Source: a virus. Taken from it: a stretch of DNA of 64,000 nt. Shown piece after piece: positions 60,929 to 64,000 of the stretch. Position 1 is the stretch's first letter, and each line of letters begins with the position of its first letter. The position numbers and the translations under genes were made by a program. The stretch is taken from positions 1 through 64,000 of the IMG/VR virus record IMGVR_UViG_3300008952_000012; one strand, 5' to 3'. Under the pieces are notes generated by a model. That model searched no databases. It was not told the DNA's origin and was given only the letters and a program-made list of their open reading frames with translations.

Positions 60929-63900
60929 ATGGCATTTATTAAACTAACACACCCTAGTGGCCCTACCGGCGACAAGCTCTACAATGTAGACGCCGCCCAT
61001 GACGGTGACGTCATAGAGGTCTGGTTTACAGAGGACGGCTCGCCTAACAGTGATGCTGAGTACCTTGGGGGTGGCCCTCCTTACGGGAACGCTGACGTTG
61101 GTAAGTACGTAAACCTAGCGTGGAAACTTTTCGGCCCAGACGGTCCTCCGAGACCTCTCTCTGACGCCGGTCCTGGCGTTCCTGACGCTACAGACGCCAA
61201 CCCCAAAACTTTTGAGGCCCCAACTCCTGGTCGGTATCTTATCCGACTTACTGCGAACGTTATTGAGCCCCAGGGGAGTGGGTACGGCCCGAGCGCTGAT
61301 GACTCTCATTTCGCTGCTTTTGTGGAGATCGAAGACCCGAACATTCTAGGGAATGTAGACGGTGGGGGCGTTGAGTACGCGCCCGGGTCAACCGGGGCAT
61401 CGTACATAGCCCCCACAGAGGCCAATGAATTTGATCCAGATGAGGGCTGGGCGCGTAGTGCGGAGAGGTACTTCTCCTCAATCACAAAACAGATGGGTAA
61501 CCGTAGAATCGTTACCCTGAAACTCCAATCCGAGGTTTTCCCAGGGGATGTGGTCACTCTGCAGCCCGGAGCGTACTCGCGATGGAGACAGGCTTTGATC
61601 GGGACAGACCCCGGCGGCGAAGAGGTCTACTACTACAACTTTGTGTTAGACGCCCGAAGGATCACCATTGCGGACATGACAACTGGGAATGTTCTTGAGC
61701 ACCCCATAGTCGTAGTTCTTCAGCACGCCGCTGCTGGAGCCCGTGTTCATGGGATGGTTGAAGGAACGCTCCCATTTGATACTACACCTTGGGCAGGCGT
61801 GAGCCCGGGCGACCGTGTTTATGTATCGGCTGCTAGTGCTTTAACTAATGTTCTGCCAAGCTCTGGTGACCCGGCGCATGCCGACCGATTAGTCGGCCAT
61901 GTTGTCAATACTGGACAGGACTCAGTCACCCCTCCGGGATCTGTGTTCTTTCACGGCACCATTCCGTGGCTCCCGACAGTTGTTACGGGGCCGCTTTCCA
62001 GCACAGACGACGCTGTCGTTCGTTGGGACGGAACTACCGGAGACAAGATTAAAGACAGTCGCGTTATCCTCACGCAGGACGACGGAACCGAAGACGCCGA
62101 GTTTAGAACGTCTACAGACGATTGGAACGTGACTGTTACCACGGGTGACGCAAGTGGAGCGCCCACGGCTACCCCAGGGAAAGTCACAATTAAAGCAGGT
62201 GACAGAATCTCTGGGCTCGGGGCCAAGGCTTCGGTAGTCGGTGGCCGTAGTCACGATGCCCAGGGGGGTCCGGTTGCAATCCAAGGCGGTCGTGGCGAAA
62301 CCGAGGGCGGAGTCGCAACTGTGGAGGGCGGCGGAGGCTGGGATGCAACCACCGGCGAAGGAGGAGACGCAAAGCTTATTGGTGGTCCTGGAGCAGGCGG
62401 CGATGGTGGGCAGGTCCATATTTCTGGTGGCTCTGCTAATAACGGCGGGACCGGCGGGACGGTGTTCATCGAGGGCGGCCTCGATCTCAATACTGGTCTT
62501 TTGAACGGGATTGTTCGGATAAACGAGGGTGCTAACGCTATCTGTGAAATCGGAAATCCGGCACACACGCCAGTACATTTATTAAAAGTCCACAAAGGTC
62601 TGGAGATTATTAACCAGTCCAACACCAATCTGACCATTGAGAGCACAGGGAATAAGACGTTCATCAATATGCTCGCGACTATCCCTGGCGAGAACAGCAT
62701 CCTTTTCGGCTCTTCTGGCGGAACCCCGGTGGCTGGGTACATACAATACGATATGGCCGCTGCCGCTCACGCGTCAGACAGCATGAAGTTCGGGGTCTGG
62801 GACGTCTCCATCCCCGGCGTTGCCAACATATTAACTCTTGATACCGCCACTGGCGCACGGGCCACTATTGACGGCGACCTGACTGTAAACGGCAACGGCT
62901 ACTTCTGCGGCGGCAAGGTCAGGCTGTACGATAGCCCGTTTACCGGAAACTCCCCAGTGGACCCCACTAGTGCGGTCGTTGACATGGTTGCCTACTTCGA
63001 TGGAGACATCGATGTAACAGGCAATATAGATCCGACAGGCGTAGTCTTTTCGCAGCAGGACCCAGCAACTCCGCCCTACGACCCAACGCAAGGCGGAGCC
63101 ACCAAAGGCCTTCTATATACCGCTGAGGGATCTGGTGGAGATGCGAACACGCTTCGGTACATCGACAACCAAGGCGTAGAGATCATCGTGGGTCAGTCTG
63201 AGATTAGCTCTCCGGACATGGACGTAAACGGGATAATCTCTACAGATAGAGCCATCGCCGCTTGGGATGGAGACCTTGGAGACAAGCTAAGAAACACGCA
63301 AGTATTAGTCGATGATATAAGTGGGGGGCCATCACTCTCAACTAACTCCCTAGACCCGGACAATTCCGGGAATGTCCCAATTACGAGGGGTCTTACGGTT
63401 AGTTCCGCAGACGGGGTGAACCTAGGCCAGGGTGGACCAATGTCCACTGGCAACCTCATGCTTTCTGCTGGGGCCGCCTTTTCTACCGGACAATCTCTCG
63501 CAGCAGGTGGGGACGTTAGAGTTGTTGGTGGCAATGGTTCTGGCGCGGGCTACACACCAACCAATGACGACGGAAGCGGCGGGGGTGTAGCGCTTGAGGG
63601 GGGCGGTGCGGTTCATCAATTTATGAACCCCGGAGGCATTTACATAAACGCTGGCCGACACCTCGGCGGACTGCCGTCAGACGGAGTTACTCCAAATCCT
63701 CATCTTGCAGATTACGGACTTAGTCATGGCGGCCCTGCTCAGTTATCTGGCGGTCCAGGGAATTTTGGTGGTGACACTCTTATCAAGGGTGGGTCATCCA
63801 CAGACCTCACCAGCAATCAGGCCGTAAACGGCTGCGGGGACGGCGGCAATGTCCGCATCGAAGGTGGTTTAGGCGGGCTATGGGAGGTCGATGGTCAGCA

Positions 63901-64000
63901 GGATATTGATAGCACCGCTACCTCAAGAGGCACTCTATATGCTGGGCATGTGCAGCTTAAGGGTGGAGACTCCGCAGAGTCTAGAGACGTAAACGCTGGT
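60929..64000 (+). CDS. Tail fibre/adhesin protein, partial (runs off the window; absent from ORF track)
   Basis: ATG 60929 after an AGGAG RBS; in-frame segments checked up to the last codon (63998-64000); two GP.SSTD.A..RWDG..GD.I..S.V motifs; GG.V.I.GG repeats. Confidence 0.8.
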   Translation, partial: MAFIKLTHPSGPTGDKLYNVDAAHDGDVIEVWFTEDGSPNSDAEYLGGGPPYGNADVGKYVNLAWKLFGPDGPPRPLSDAGPGVPDATDANPKTFEAPTPGRYLIRLTANVIEPQGSGYGPSADDSHFAAFVEIEDPNILGNVDGGGVEYAPGSTGASYIAPTEANEFDPDEGWARSAERYFSSITKQMGNRRIVTLKLQSEVFPGDVVTLQPGAYSRWRQALIGTDPGGEEVYYYNFVLDARRITIADMTTGNVLEHPIVVVLQHAAAGARVHGMVEGTLPFDTTPWAGVSPGDRVYVSAASALTNVLPSSGDPAHADRLVGHVVNTGQDSVTPPGSVFFHGTIPWLPTVVTGPLSSTDDAVVRWDGTTGDKIKDSRVILTQDDGTEDAEFRTSTDDWNVTVTTGDASGAPTATPGKVTIKAGDRISGLGAKASVVGGRSHDAQGGPVAIQGGRGETEGGVATVEGGGGWDATTGEGGDAKLIGGPGAGGDGGQVHISGGSANNGGTGGTVFIEGGLDLNTGLLNGIVRINEGANAICEIGNPAHTPVHLLKVHKGLEIINQSNTNLTIESTGNKTFINMLATIPGENSILFGSSGGTPVAGYIQYDMAAAAHASDSMKFGVWDVSIPGVANILTLDTATGARATIDGDLTVNGNGYFCGGKVRLYDSPFTGNSPVDPTSAVVDMVAYFDGDIDVTGNIDPTGVVFSQQDPATPPYDPTQGGATKGLLYTAEGSGGDANTLRYIDNQGVEIIVGQSEISSPDMDVNGIISTDRAIAAWDGDLGDKLRNTQVLVDDISGGPSLSTNSLDPDNSGNVPITRGLTVSSADGVNLGQGGPMSTGNLMLSAGAAFSTGQSLAAGGDVRVVGGNGSGAGYTPTNDDGSGGGVALEGGGAVHQFMNPGGIYINAGRHLGGLPSDGVTPNPHLADYGLSHGGPAQLSGGPGNFGGDTLIKGGSSTDLTSNQAVNGCGDGGNVRIEGGLGGLWEVDGQQDIDSTATSRGTLYAGHVQLKGGDSAESRDVNAG

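Larger units (their letters stand above)
1..64000. mobile_element. Segment of a large (jumbo) myovirus-like phage genome or prophage
   Basis: Baseplate J-like, gp25-like, hub-like, tape-measure-like and tail-fibre genes plus an endolysin and a phage-type sigma factor. Dense small accessory ORFs; no bacterial housekeeping genes. Confidence 0.88.

Noticed and set aside
7965-64000. Stop-codon reassignment as seen in some jumbo phages
   Set aside because: Genes of up to 2716 aa are uninterrupted in the standard code, and TAG, TGA and TAA all end genes at RBS-defined boundaries.
27505-64000. Interpretation as a bacterial contractile injection system (eCIS/T6SS) rather than a phage
   Set aside because: An endolysin, phage-type sigma, tape-measure-like gene and dense phage-like accessory block with its own promoters favour a phage.
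60929-64000. Diversity-generating retroelement acting on the tail fibre
   Set aside because: No reverse transcriptase and no near-identical template/variable repeat pair differing at adenines in the window.

Overview
This window looks like a 64-kb segment of a large tailed-phage (jumbo myovirus-like) genome. It uses the standard code and has strong AGGAG(G) Shine-Dalgarno sites. Bases 1-7.4 kb are mostly small minus-strand accessory genes. Several are preceded by a repeated non-canonical promoter-like motif (GCAAAACAGC-N14-ATAAG) followed by a 5' hairpin. This block contains a clear Ro60/TROVE (rsr-like) gene. Directly upstream of it is a tandem array of three structurally conserved, covarying small RNAs (Y RNA-like, with a non-canonical conserved core), separated by 10-nt U-rich spacers. 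Bases 7.4-64 kb are a plus-strand virion/lysis module. It includes a tape-measure-like protein, a PG-binding+CHAP endolysin, a possible spanin pair, a hub-like protein, a gp25-like wedge, giant baseplate J-like (2716 aa) and P2 gpI-like (2293 aa, PKD + Reelin-like domain) proteins, and a tail-fibre gene running off the right edge (missing from the ORF track). Interspersed are many basic Lys/Ala/Gly-rich proteins sharing an (E/D)K-x-A motif. They include a 1877-aa polyprotein-like ORF (permuted NlpC/P60 + GT28 glycosyltransferase + LysM-like), an HExxH peptidase and a sigma-70-family factor; these may be protease-matured, virion-packaged effectors. All domain calls come from motif recognition by eye; no database searches were run.
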